DNA of 64,000 nt from positions 14,198,001-14,262,000 of the forward strand of contig OX597833.1 in NCBI GenBank assembly GCA_951406725.2. Reading direction: 5' to 3'. Positions 27,032 through 41,171 of this stretch are shown piece after piece (within the stretch, counting starts at the first letter, position 1; each line of letters begins with the position of its first letter). The DNA is from Octopus vulgaris (taxonomy: Eukaryota). The position numbers and the translations under genes were made by a program. The notes under the pieces were generated by a model. The model ran no database searches and was not told the DNA's origin. It worked only from the letters and a program-made list of their open reading frames with translations.

Positions 27032-27446
27032 TGTTTCTTTATTATCCACAAGGGGTTATACATAGATGGGACAAAAAAGGACAGATAAACGAATTGAGTC
27101 GATTACATCGACCCCAGTGCGTAACTGGTACTTAATTTAATCGAGTCCGAAAGGTTGAAAGGCAAAGTCGACCTCGGCGGCATTTGAACTCAGAACATAA
27201 CGGCAGACGAAATACCTATTTCTTTATTACCCACAAGAGGTCAAACATAGAGGGGACAAACAAGGACAGACAAACGAATTGAGTCGATTACATTGACCCC
27301 AGTGCGTAACTGGTACTTAATTTATCGACCCCGAAAGAATGAAAGGCAAAGTCGACACGGCGGAATTTGAACTCAGAACGTAACGGCAGACGAAATACTG
27401 CTACGTATTTCGCCTGGCGTGCTAACAGTTCTGCCAGCTCGCCGCC
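27032..27446 (-). mobile_element. SINE family B dimer
   Basis: One head and two bodies; TSD TCTCGTTACAAATATA. Confidence 0.92.
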
Positions 27447-27588
27447 TTCTCGTTACAAATATAGCTCAGGTAGCTTAGATGCCTCACACACAACTGCAAC
27501 TGCCTGAGTTACAATAGCAATGGCTGAGATATCATATCAACCACCGCTGAGCAGTTTCTTTACAACTGAAGCACGCTCATATTTCATA

Positions 27589-28595
27589 CTAGCATTAAAG
27601 ACCCGTCGTTGCCGGGTCATAGTGCTAGTGCATGTATATATGTGTATATATATGTGTACATATTACATGTACATCTATATATATACATCTACACATAAAA
27701 TACAAAATACAAAGCTATATCTTGATATCCCTAGTGATAACAATACTCAAAATATAGAACAGACTGGAATTATTAGCCCGTCTCTTGTAATTTCGATCAA
27801 TTGTATCTTGTCCTCCCTTTTCTATAGAAGTGTGGCTACAATCCAGCCTACCTCTACTTTTTTTCCGGGACGTCCTATGTCCCAGATATAAAGGTAAAAA
27901 TAAAAATATTTCCACTTTGCAAGTTCGAGTCGTGTACTCCCTTGACTCGAACATTGCTTCAATTGTGGCGAATTTACCGCCTCTGATTAGATATCTTTCA
28001 TAGTCGCACCAAGACACTTTTCGAAGGTGCTTTCCTCCATGTGTTCAAATCTTCTTTTTTCTCTACGTTGTATACTTTATAGACAATAGTCTTTTCTTTA
28101 ATTTAATTTTTTATTATCCATCTGGACTATTCCATTTCTTCACGCTAATTTTATTTATAATTTATTCCCATTCATGTGAAACCACTTATTCAAGTTCAAA
28201 TCATTGATGCAATTTTATACCAATTGCTATTTTTATTTTTGTTATGTTACGATTATATTATACTTTAGTTTGATTTTAATTATTACTTACTACATATAAT
28301 TCATTTGTTATTATTATTTTTATTGTTAAAGTGAAAGCATCTGACATAAAATAGAGAACTATTTTGGTTTCACTTTTAACACGTAATATTGAAATAGTGG
28401 AGAAGATATGATATTGCTATGGGTTCGCTCTAGGCAAGATGTTGAACATTTTTTTGCCCATGAATCTACATGGACCTTAAGTAAGGCATGTGTAAAATTT
28501 GAATGAAATTGGTTGTGTAGTTCTCAAGTTTTAGGGAAACACACAGACAGACAGACAGACAGACACACATTCTCAGTTTTATATATATATAAAGA
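27589..28595 (-). mobile_element. Non-autonomous Helitron, 1.0 kb
   Basis: A|CTAG at 27589 with the GACCCGTCGTTGCCGGGTC hairpin nearby. The other end, CAGTTTTATATATATATAAAGA|T, is the reverse complement of a TC start. Confidence 0.82.
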
Positions 28596-28795
28596 TTCTT
28601 ATATTTATATGTTGTTTTTTTATAGTTATTTCCCCGTTTATTTATTTCATATTTCTTATAAATGTCTAAAAATTATTTCAAAGTTTTTTTCCATTTTCAT
28701 TTTATATTTGGTTATTTTATAATAAGTCTCTATCTTTTAAATGTCACATAAAGCCACATTGAAAAATATCATCTAAAAATGTAAATATATATAAG

Positions 28796-28883
28796 TATGT
28801 ATGTATGTATGTATGTATGTATGTATGTATGTATGTATGTATGTATGTATGTATGTATGTATGTTTGTATGTATGTATGCATG

Positions 28884-28917
<34 letters not shown>

Positions 28918-29055
28918 AGTGTTTATATATGTATGTATGTTTGTATGAATATACGTATATAAATACTTACATATATGTATATATACATATACATATGTTT
29001 ATGAGCACATACGTACAAATAAATATTTTATAATATATATACAGATATACATACA

Positions 29056-29094
<39 letters not shown>

Positions 29095-29175
29095 GTTTAT
29101 ATATGTATATATATATATATGTATATATATATATGTATGTATATATATATGTATATATATATGTATATATATATG

Positions 29176-29223
<48 letters not shown>

Positions 29224-29280
29224 TATGTACATATACATACACATATATATATATGTATGTATGTACATATACTTATATAC
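28796..29280. repeat. (TATG)n/(TA)n compound microsatellite
   Basis: Directly visible. Confidence 0.95.
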
Positions 29281-29794
29281 TCATGCGTATATACATTAAA
29301 TGGACTGGAACAAAACCAGTCAGATAGCAAGCCATTTCGTCTTTTTCTGTTCCCCATATAATCAATTAATATCCAATTTTAATGTAAACAAAGTAAATAT
29401 CATTCTTTTGTAAATTTTAATTTAATACCAGAAGCGAAAGCAAACTCTGTTAGCATAAATCAAACTAAATAATTGCTGTAAAGATTACATTACCCCGTTG
29501 GTATAACAAAATATGAAGCTTTATTTTGTTTACTCAACTATAAACGATCTATGAAGAAAAACGAAGGAAAAATGAAGAAATATATAAAACACAGATTCCA
29601 TGAGACTCTTGAAAACTGTAATTTGTTTTGCTTCCTAAAATGTTTAATTTCGTTTAAATTATTTGCCCCCGGTTATATCATGCTGAGGACTTCTGATAAG
29701 GATGAAATTGCATTATACATGATTACCTATGACTAGAAATTTTAAGATCTTGCTAATGAAAAAGCAAAACAAAAATTATAAAAAAGCAAGGAAA

Positions 29795-30190
29795 TCTTTA
29801 TATATAAAAGTTAAGTTGTGTGTCTGTCTCCTACGATTCAGATTCCTAACTACTCCCACATTTTGCGGTGCAGTTTAACCAAAACCGGGTATCTTATAGT
29901 CGTGATTCATATCGAGCCCTTCTGGGTATTAGCGCGCGTCTACGATGAGTCTACGATTTAAAAATAATTACCATAATTTTTTCCCATTTTAATGCATTTT
30001 TTCGCTATTATATAAGGGAAGTAACTCTCTAAAAATGTCTACGATGAGTCAACGATTTAAAAAAAATTACCATCATATTTTTTCCATTTTTAATTTCTTT
30101 TTTTTTCTTTTTTTTTTGGCTATAACTCTCTAAAAATGCTTTATAGTTATTTCCCTTACAAACCCGAGCAACGCCGGGTGATACTGCTAG
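29795..30190 (+). mobile_element. Non-autonomous Helitron
   Basis: A|TCTTTATATATAAAA...CCCGAGCAACGCCGGGTGATACTGCTAG|T. Confidence 0.9.
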
Positions 30191-30489
30191 TATAAAATAA
30201 AACCAAAACAATACAAATAAATTAAATACGTATAATCTGTGTTGCTGCTTTCTTGTTTTGTGGTGTCCCTTTTTCTTCGGCTTAAAATTCAAACTTTTGA
30301 TCGTTGATCGTGCCATGTTTGATCTAAACGAAGATTACCTCCTTACTATTATTGAACACCGAGGAACGCCACATGTTTTAAAACAAATCATATTACATGT
30401 ATTAATGTCTAATTGTCAGTAGAACAACGTCTTTTGGATGTTAGGAGTTCAGCCAGAAAAAAATATTAGAAATTCATATCTTATTTGTC

Positions 30490-31090
30490 AGCGGATCCGT
30501 TTCAAGAAGACGATCAAGAAACTTCCTGAGAGAAATGAAAAGTGGAACGGCTATTGGGAGGTAACTGCAGATTTACCTGGGTGCCAGGTTTTCTTTCCCA
30601 TCCCAGTTACGAAAAAACCAGATATTTTGATGTGGTGTGAAAGAAAGTTGTAAATATAGTCGAGCTAACGGTTCCTCATGAAGATAATATGGACGCCGCT
30701 CGGGTTCGAAAATTGAACCGTTATGTAAACCTCCTCGAGGAATGTGAAGACGCAGGCTGGAAAGCGGAACATTTTCCAATCGAAGTCGGATGTAGAGGGT
30801 TTGTTGGACACAGCGTGAGACGACTGTTGTTATCGCTAGGCCTAACTCATCGTAAAGTCAATACCACCATGACTGATATCCAATCTACAGTGGAGAAGGC
30901 TAGCCACTGGATTTGGTTAAAAGAGACGATGAGCGATGGCTAAAAGGATATTGAGCTTAACTTCATAACCAGCTGATCTAGCAAGCGAGGCCTCATATCA
31001 GTGAGGGGGGCCGGTGCGTATTGATGCCGTCGAGAGGTAGGGTCCAAAACGGCGCGCATTCTCTCCTGATGACTCCATACACTTGCTGGT
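30490..31090 (+). mobile_element. HERO-type non-LTR retrotransposon 3' end (RLE domain), copy 1
   Basis: WEVTADL...KKPDILMW...IVELTVPHEDNMDAARVRKLNRY...GWKAEHFPIEVGCRGFVG...EKASHWIWLK is a PD-(D/E)xK restriction-like endonuclease of the HERO/NeSL group; frameshifted. Confidence 0.9.
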
Positions 31091-31477
31091 TTCCGGTATA
31101 CGGAGCTTTTGACTGGTAGCACTTGCATGTGTAAGCTTTTTGCAAGACATCGATAACTCAACGTATTTGCGTTGCGTAGCATTAGATTCGCTCCGCTCAG
31201 TGTAGCTCCCAGGATTTGCCCAGGTTTTCCCCGCTGTTCAGCTTGTTCTTGTATGCATATAGGCTCTGCTAGTGGCTTCAGGGAAAGTCTTTTCAGTTAG
31301 AACTCCAGAGCAGCTGTTCCTGGGATCTAATCTCTGTTGGCGTTTATTGCAGCAAAGTGTTTGTGGATAGTTAGAAGACATTTTTGTGAATGTATGTGAA
31401 TGGGAAGGATAGTTTTCTTAGCGTAATCTTAAATGGTAATATGCTGACGTGTTGCAGATGTATCCGAACGCTTTCAT

Positions 31478-31846
<369 letters not shown>

Positions 31847-31940
31847 GTCTATCCGTCTGTCTGTTTGTCCGTCTGTCTGTCTGTCTGTCTGTATCCATAC
31901 ATATGCACACACGTACATACAGACGCACACACACACCCAA

Positions 31941-31971
<31 letters not shown>

Positions 31972-32791
31972 CGTATATGAGAAAAATTGAAGATTGAAGA
32001 CTGATGTTTTTTACTTGATAGTTGACAATTGTTTCAACATCTCCACGTTGGCTACATACACATTATGTCTATAGTTACGTATGCTAACAATGATTTAACC
32101 ACTTAAATAACAAATATTTGACCTTAATCAGAATGGGCAAATTTAGAACGTAAGAATAAACGCCATAGTTCAGCAACCAGTCTTCATTTTGTTTAAAAAG
32201 GAATTTCATATTTTGAAGGCATGAAGTATAAAATGCTGATACTGTCGGTCTTAAATCGTACGTTTGAGGCATTTTCTTCTTCTTGAGGCTATCTTTTATT
32301 GATTATGTTAAGTGTAGTTGTATAAATCTGTATTATGAGTTGGTAAAGAGTATGTACGTGGAGGCGCGTGGGTTAATGGTTTGGGCGTCAGCACCATGAT
32401 CGTAAGATTGTGGTTTCGATTCCTGGACCGGGCGACGCGTTCTGTTCTTGAGCAAAACACTTCATTTCACGCTGCTCCAGTCCACTCAGCTGGCAAAAAT
32501 GAGTAACGCTGCGATGGCCTGGCGTCTCGTCCAGCTGGGGAACACATATGAAGAAAAACGAAGGAAAAATGAAGAAATATATAAAACACAGATTCCATGA
32601 GACTCTTGAAAACTGTAATTTGTTTTGCTTCCTAAAATGTTTAATTTCGTTTAAATTATTTGCCTCCGGTTATATCATGCTGAGGACTTCTGATAAGGAT
32701 GAAATTGCATTATACATGATTACCTATGACTAGAAATTTTAAGATCTTGCTAATGAAAAAGCAAAACAAAAATTATAAAAAAGCAAGGAAA

Positions 32792-33183
32792 TCTTTATAT
32801 ATAAAAGTTAAGTTGTGTGTCTGTCTCCTACGATTCAGATTCCTAACTACTCCCACATTTTGCGGTGTAGTTTAACCAAAACCGGGTATCTTATAGTCGT
32901 GATTCATATCGAGCCCTTCTGGGTATTAGCGCGCGTCTACGATGAGTCTACGATTTAAAAATAATTACCATAATTTTTTCCCATTTTAATGCATTTTTTC
33001 GCTATTATATAAGGGAAGTAACTCTCTAAAAATGTCTACGATGAGTCAACGATTTAAAAAAAAAATTACCATCATATTTTTTCCATTTTTAATTTCTTTT
33101 TTTTTCTTTTTTTTTTGGCTATAACTCTCTAAAAATGCTTTATTTCCCTTACAAACCCGAGCAACGCCGGGCGATACTGCTAG
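32792..33183 (+). mobile_element. Non-autonomous Helitron (duplicated copy)
   Basis: Same termini as 29795-30190. Confidence 0.9.
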
Positions 33184-33483
33184 TATAAAATAAAACCAAA
33201 ACAATACAAATAAATTAAATACGTATAATCTGTGTTGCTGCTTTCTTGTTTTGTGGTGTCCCTTTTTCTTCGGCTTAAAATTCAAACTTTTGATCGTTGA
33301 TCGTGCCATGTTTGATCTAAACGAAGATTACCTCCCTTACTATTATTGAACACCGAGGAACGCCACATGTTTTAAAACAAATCATATTACATGTATTAAT
33401 GTCTAATTGTCAGTAGAACAACGTCTTTTGGATGTTAGGAGTTCAGCCAGAAAAAAATATTAGAAATTCATATCTTATTTGTC

Positions 33484-34085
33484 AGCGGATCCGTTTCAAG
33501 AAGACGATCAAGAAACTTCCTGAGAGAAATGAAAAGTGGAACGGCTATTGGGAGGTAACTGCAGATTTACCTGGGTGCCAGGTTTTCTTTCCCATCCCAG
33601 TTACGAAAAAACCAGATATTTTGATGTGGTGTGAAAGAAAGTTGTAAATATAGTCGAGCTAACGGTTCCTCATGAAGATAATATGGACGCCGCTCGGGTT
33701 CGAAAATTGAACCGTTATGTAAACCTCCTCGAGGAATGTGAAGACGCAGGCTGGAAAGCGGAACATTTTCCAATCGAAGTCGGATGTAGAGGGTTTGTTG
33801 GACACAGCGTGAGACGACTGTTGTTATCGCTAGGCCTAACTCATCGTAAAGTCAATACCACCATGACTGATATCCAATCTACAGTGGAGAAGGCTAGCCA
33901 CTGGATTTGGTTAAAAAGAGACGATGAGCGATGGCTAAAAGGATATTGAGCTTAACTTCATAACCAGCTGATCTAGCAAGCGAGGCCTCATATCAGTGAG
34001 GGGGGCCGGTGCGTATTGATGCCGTCGAGAGGTAGGGCCCAAAACGGCGCGCATTCTCTCCTGATGACTCCATACACTTGCTGGT
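33484..34085 (+). mobile_element. HERO-type non-LTR retrotransposon 3' end (RLE domain), copy 2
   Basis: ORF 33683-33949 MDAARVRK...IEVGCRGF...ASHWIWLKRDDERWLKGY retains the native C-terminus. Confidence 0.9.
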
Positions 34086-34685
34086 TTCCGGTATACGGAG
34101 CTTTTGACTGGTAGCACTTGCATGTGTAAGCTTTTTGCAAGACATCGATAACTCAACGTATTTGCGTTGCGTAGCATTAGATTCGCTCCGCTCAGTGTAG
34201 CTCCCAGGATTTGCCCAGGTTTTCCCCGCTGTTCAGCTTGTTCTTGTATGCATATAGGCTCTGCTAGTGGCTTCAGGGAAAGTCTTTTCAGTTAGAACTC
34301 CAGAGCAGCTGTTCCTGGGATCTAATCTCTGTTGGCGTTTATTGCAGCAAAGTGTTTGTGGATAGTTAGAAGACATTTTTGTGAATGTATGTGAATGGGA
34401 AGGATAGTTTTCTTAGCGTAATCTTAAATGGTAATATGCTGACGTGTTGCAGATGTATCCGAACGCTTTCATAGAAACGTTAGTGCGCCGGGCGAAATGC
34501 ATAGCGGTATTTCGTCTGCCGTTACGTTCTGAGTTCAAATTCCGCCGAGGTCGAGTTTGCCTTTCAGCCTCTCGGGGTAGAAAAATAAAGTACCGGTTTC
34601 CCACTGGGTCGATGTAATCGACTTAATCCGTTTGTCTGTCCTTGTTTGTCCCCTCTATGTTTAGCCCCTTGTGGGTAGTAAAGAA

Positions 34686-34757
<72 letters not shown>

Positions 34758-34760
34758 GTA

Positions 34761-34841
<81 letters not shown>

Positions 34842-34935
34842 GTCTATCCGTCTGTCTGTTTGTCCGTCTGTCTGTCTGTCTGTATCCATACATATGCACA
34901 CACGTACATACAGACGCACACACACACCCAAACAG

Positions 34936-34968
<33 letters not shown>

Positions 34969-35354
34969 CGTATATGAGAAAAATTGAAGATTGAAGACTG
35001 ATGTTTTTTACTTGATAGTTGACAATTGTTTCAACATCTCCACGTTGGCTACATACACATTATGTCTATAGTTACGTATGCTAACAATGATTTAACCACT
35101 TAAATAACAAATATTTGACCTTAATCAGAATGGGCAAATTTAGAACGTAAGAATAAACGCCATAGTTCAGCAACCAGTCTTCATTTTGTTTAAAAAGGAA
35201 TTTCATATTTTGAAGGCATGAAGTATAAAATGCTGATACTGTCGGTCTTAAATCGTACGTTTGAGGCATTTTCTTCTTCTTGAGGCTATCTTTTATTGAT
35301 TATGTTAAGTGTAGTTGTATAAATCTGTATTATGAGTTGGTAAAGAGTATGTAC

Positions 35355-36132
35355 GTGGAGGCGCGTGGGTTAATGGTTAGGGCGTCAGCACCATGATCGT
35401 AAGATTGTGGTTTCGATTCCTGGACCGGGCGACGCGTTCTGTTCTTGAGCAAAACACTTCATTTCACGCTGCTCCAGTCCACTCAGCTGGCAAAAATGAG
35501 TAACGCTGCGATGGCCTGGCGTCCCGTCCAGCTGGGGAACACATACGCCATAGGAACCGGGAAACCGGGCCCATGAGCCTGGCTAGGCTTTAAAAGGGCG
35601 CATTTATTTATTTGTGGAGGTGCGTGGCTTAGTGGTTTGGGTGTCAACACCATGATCGTAAGATTGTGGTTTCGATTCCTGGACCGGGCGACGCGTTCTG
35701 TTCTTGAGCAAAACACTTCATTTCACGCTGCTCCAGTCCACTCAGCTGGCAAAAATGAGTAACGCTGCGACGGACTGGCGTCCCGTCCAGCTGGGGAACA
35801 CATACGCCATAGAAACCGGGAAACCGGGCCCATGAGCCTGGCTAGGCTTTAAAAGGGCGCATTTATTTATTTGTGGAGGTGCGTGGCTTAGTGGTTAGGT
35901 TGTCAGCACCATGATCGTAAGATTGTGGTTTCGATTCCTGGACCGGGCGACGCGTTCTGTTCTTGAGCAAAACACTTCATTTCACGCTGCTCCAGTCCAC
36001 TCAGCTGGCAAAAATGAGTAACGCTGCGATGGCCTGGCGTCCCGTCCAGCTGGGGAACACATACGCCATAGGAACCGGGAAACCGGGCCCATGAGCCTGG
36101 CCAAGCTTTAAAAGGGCGCATTTATTATTATT
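35355..36132 (+). mobile_element. SINE family D head-to-tail trimer (period 259 bp)
   Basis: Units start at 35355, 35614 and 35873, each with A/B boxes and a (TTTA) tail. A degenerate TSD TAA(A/G)GAGTAT(G/T)TA flanks the trimer. Confidence 0.94.
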
Positions 36133-36313
36133 TTTTAAGGAGTATTTATGGGTTGACGAATCCTTTTCATATGAAGCCATAGAAATCCAGAGTCACTGAT
36201 TTGAGTAAGGATGTTTCAGCTGAGATTTTTGTTTGCGTTTACAGCTGTAATCATTTCAAACTTGAGGGAATGACACTCTTAGTATGAGTCAACAGAAATG
36301 TTGACTCATACGA

Positions 36314-36740
36314 GGCGGCGAGCTGGCAGAAACGTTAAGACGCCGGGCGAAATGCTTAGCGGTATTTCGTCTGCCGCTACATTCTGAGTTCAAATTCCGC
36401 CGAGGTCGACTTTGCCTTTCACCCTTTCGGGGTCGATTAAATAAGTAACAGTTACGCACTGGGGTCGATGTAATCGACTTAATCCGTTTATCTGTCCTTG
36501 TTTGTCCCCTCCGTGTTTAGCCCCTTGTGGGTAGTAAAGAAAAATTGGTATTTCTTCTGCCGTTACGTTCTGAGTTCAAATTCCGCCGAGGTCGACTTTG
36601 CCTTTTATCCTTTCGGGATCGAATAAATAAGTACCAGTTACGCACTGGGGTCGATATAATCGACTTAATCCGTTTGTCTGTCCTTGTTTGTCCCCTCCCT
36701 CTGTGAGTAGCCCCTTGTGGGCAGTAAGGAAATAAGAAAT
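36314..36740 (+). mobile_element. SINE family B dimer
   Basis: One head and two bodies. Confidence 0.92.
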
Positions 36741-36938
36741 GTTTACGAGTGGAATGATATTTACAATCATTTGTGTTTTAGATGTAGGTTTGAAGTTTCG
36801 TAACATTCTTCAAGTGTTTGAGTTGTATATTTACATTTTGTTCCCCAGTCTAGTTTGAAAATATTTATGTAGTCTATTGTAATTCTCTTTTCGGTGTGTA
36901 GGTTTTGGTGATAGATTCTCGACGCGCTTTTTTTTTTA

Positions 36939-37330
36939 TCTCTGTATATATAAAGCTGAAGTTGTCTGTGCATGGCAGATTTGGTGGCCTCCAACAAACA
37001 CTATCTCCTCTGAGACCCTGCGGCGCAAGTTGACCAAAATTGAAAGTATGACAGAAGAAGGCTTGCTCTTCCTTCCGTAGAAGAAAAACTTCAAATCGGA
37101 CCATGTTAACACCAAAAATTATTTACATCAAAAGGTGCTTTTTTTCTACGAAAATCCCTATTTTTTACGATTTTTTGACTGCTGTGTCGCCAATTTTCGG
37201 TGTATTTCAACCAGAAAAATGTTCACTTAAAGGGAATAACAAGCTACATAATGCAAAATTTTTACTTTTCCAAAAATTCCAATTCTAAAGGGTGGAAACA
37301 AATCCGAGCAACACCGGGCGATACTGCTAG
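36939..37330 (+). mobile_element. Non-autonomous Helitron with a distinct internal sequence
   Basis: A|TCTCTGTATATATAAAG start; CCGAGCAACACCGGGCGATACTGCTAG|T end. Confidence 0.88.
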
Positions 37331-37798
37331 TTTTTGATAATCGCGTTTGCTATTGAAGTGTGAGCACGTTACACATTACTTGAAGGTATTGTGACATATG
37401 GTATATCGTAGGTGTTGTAAGAGTTATGACTGCTACTTACAATTTTGAATAGCGTTTTTTGGGGTTATGATCTCTACAAAAATTTTGTTTTGAGACAATA
37501 ATTTTTTGTTATTTCCTTCTCCAATGTCTTCACACTGAATTCCATAAATATTATTATGGCGTTCATATTATGTGGGAGGATGTCTCTATTTTTTTTTTTT
37601 TTTATCAGAAATGAAATCTTACTCGTATAATTTATCGCATATAATTTTGGAAGTTTCTGTTACTTCGTTGAATGCCAATTCTACAGAATATGTTATAGCA
37701 TACTTACAAACTACACTGCTGTGCTTAGAATTACCATTTAACAAACCACAATTTGATTTATTATTGCAGCCGTCACTCTTACTCTTATCTTTTAGGAA

Positions 37799-38180
37799 GG
37801 AAGCACTCCGTCGGTTACGACGACGAGGGTTCCGGTTGATCCGATCAACGGAACAGCCTGCTCGTGAAATTATCGTGTAAGTGGCTGAGCACTCCACAGA
37901 CACATGTACCCTTAACGTAGTTCTCGGGGATATTCAGCGTGACACAAGAGAGTGACAAGGCCGGCCCTTTGAAATACAGGTACAACAGAAACAGGAAGAA
38001 AGAGTGAGAGAAAGTTGTGGTGAAAGAGTACAGCAGGGATCACCACCATCCCTGCCGGAGCCTCGTGGAGCTTTAGGTGTTTTCGCTCAACAAACACTCA
38101 CAACGCCCGGTCTGGGAATCGAAACCGCGATCCTACGACCGCGAGTCCGCTGCCCTAACCACTGGGCCATTGCGCCTCCA
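37799..38180 (-). mobile_element. SINE family C, full length
   Basis: Consensus match; ACTCTTATCTTTTA repeated on both flanks. Confidence 0.92.
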
Positions 38181-38183
38181 CAC

Positions 38184-38385
38184 TCTTATCTTTTACTCTT
38201 TTACTTGTTTCAGTCATTCTACTGTGGCCATGCTGGAGCACCGCCTTTAGTCAAAGAAATCGACCCCAGGACTTATTCTTTGTATCGTTCTCTTTTGCCG
38301 AACCGCTAAGTTACGGGGACGTAAACACACCGGCATCGGTTGTCAAGCGATGTTGGTGAGGGGGGGACAAACACAGACACATTAG

Positions 38386-38469
<84 letters not shown>

Positions 38470-38612
38470 CACATATATACGACGGGCTTCTTTCATTTTC
38501 CGTCTACCAAATCCACTCACAAGGCTTTGGTCAGCCCGAGGCTATAGTAGAAGACACTTGGCCAAGGGTGCCACGCAGTGGGACTGAACCCGGAACCACG
38601 TGGTTGGTTAGC
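38184..38612 (-). mobile_element. SINE family A
   Basis: Consensus match with a long internal (TA)n. Confidence 0.9.
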
Positions 38613-38900
38613 ACTCATAAACGCAGAGTGTCACTCGGTTTCCATGGCGTATAAATAAATGAGATTATAACGCTCACTCACCCCTGAGTGGAATGAGTGA
38701 TCCGTCGCAGGTTTAACTTCTCAGTTATTACTGGAACACATTTACAGCTAAGCGAACTGCGGCAGCGAGAAATGTCGTATTTTGCTCCAAAACACCACGT
38801 ATCGCCTGGTCCGTGAATCGAAACGACGACGTTACGATCACGAGTGTAGCACCTGAAACACTAAGCCACGAACTTTTGCTTTCTCTTTATCATCTGGATT

Positions 38901-39578
38901 AGGAGTGGCTGTGTGGTAAGTAGCTTGCTTACTTGTGGCAAATTAAATGGATGAAAGAAGTTTGTAAGAGGTTTTAGGGCCTCCTCTGTGTAAGAGGTTT
39001 GAAGCCTCATATCGATTTTTTGAAAAGAAAGAAAAAGGAACATTGTTTTAGAGAAGCGAAGGTCGGCGGGCGCTTTTCGTCTTCTCCCATCATCATCATT
39101 TTTGCATCACCATCATTCATATCATTAATCTCTATGTCCAGCCCGCAAAGCTGCTATCTGTGTAATGCCCTTGTGGCAAATTAGATGAAATAAAGTAGCT
39201 TGCTTACCAACCACATGGCCCGGGGTTCAGTCCCACTGCATGGAACCTTGGGTAAATGTCTTCTATTGTAGCCTCGGGCCGACCAAAGCCTTGTGAGTGG
39301 ATTTGGTAGACGGAAACTGAAAGAAGCCCGTCGTATATATATATATGTATATATATGTATGTATATATGTACGTGTGTGTATGTCTGTCTTTGTCCCCCA
39401 CCATCGCTTGACAACCGATGTTGACATATTTACGTATCAGTAACTTAGCGGTTCGGCAAAAGAGACCGATAGAATACGTATTAGGCTTACAAAGAATAAG
39501 TCTTGGGGTTAATTTGTTCGACTAAAGGTGGTGCTCCAACATGGCCGCAGTCGAATGACTGAAACAAATAAAAGAATA
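38901..39578 (+). mobile_element. SINE family A interrupted by a 260-bp insertion (38933-39192)
   Basis: AAGTAGCTTGCTTAC is duplicated at 38918-38932 and 39193-39207. Confidence 0.88.
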
Positions 39579-39613
39579 TATGTTTGCGTCTGTGCTTGCG
39601 TTCGTGTGTATGT

Positions 39614-39651
<38 letters not shown>

Positions 39652-39660
39652 TTTATTTAT

Positions 39661-39750
39661 AGCAGAAAATTCAACAAAACCTGTTACTCTGAGTTTCCCG
39701 TTGCCGGCAACGGGAAACTCAGAGTAACAGGTTTTGTTGAATTTTCTGCT
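39661..39750. repeat. Perfect spacer-less 90-bp palindrome
   Basis: AGCAGAAAATTCAACAAAACCTGTTACTCTGAGTTTCCCGTTGCC|GGCAACGGGAAACTCAGAGTAACAGGTTTTGTTGAATTTTCTGCT. Confidence 0.97.
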
Positions 39751-39839
39751 GCTTTAAGTAAAGCATATTACTCTACCACTGGTATTTGAGTACTCTTTTT
39801 CCTACCTTGTGTCACATTTATGTGTTTGCTCCGGTATAT

Positions 39840-40257
39840 ACTCTTTTACTCTTTTACTCTTTTATTTGTTTCAGTCATTTGACTGCGGCCATGCTGGAGC
39901 ACCGCCTTTTAGTCGAGCAAATCGACCCCGGGACTTATTCTTTGTAAGCCCAGTACTTATTCTATCGGTCTCTTTTGCCGAACCGCTAAGTGACGGGGAC
40001 GTAAACACACCAGCATCGGTTGTCAAGCAATGCTAGGGTGACAAACACAGACACAAACATATACATACACACTTACATATATATACATATATACGACAGG
40101 CTTCTTTCAGTTTCCGTCTACCAAATCCACTCACAAGTCATTGGTCGGCCCGGGGCTATAGCAGAAGACACTTGCCCAAGATGCCACGCAGTGGGACTGA
40201 ACCCGGAACCAAGTGGTTGGTTAGCAAGCTACTTACCACACAGTCACTCCTGCGCCT
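39840..40257 (-). mobile_element. SINE family A, full length
   Basis: Consensus match. Confidence 0.93.
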
Positions 40258-40800
40258 ATATATGTATAATTATTATATATGTATAATTATATAATTATAT
40301 AATTATATAATTATAATTATATATATATGTATAATTATTTATTTATTTATTTATTTACATATATGGTAATTAACTGTGACGTAAACAATTACTATTTCAT
40401 ACAAAAAAAAAAAAGCATTATATATTAAGCACGAATTTAAAGAGAGAGATAAGTGAACAAATACTCTTGATTATCTGTCGTATACCCGCCAGTTATCATA
40501 CCGACAATACTAATGCTATTCCAGATAAGTTTGTCAAATAAATTAAACATGTAAAGATGGCTTAATGGATGAACCAACGAAACTCATACGTGCCTACGCT
40601 TCATATCACATGAGAATCGCAGACAACGTTATAATTTCTGAAGTAGTGCAGATTCCGATTCGGTTACTGCGTACACAGTTTACTATTGGCTGAAATTACG
40701 TGTTTATGACTTGCAGCGAACCGCAGAATAGTAATGACATAAGCGGTCAAGATTTTATAAATACAAATAAATACAAATTTGTATCTGAATGCATTTATAA

Positions 40801-41121
<321 letters not shown>

Positions 41122-41171
41122 TAGCTGTTCATGTTTGATGTCAACATCAAATTTTAGGCGACGATAGATAT

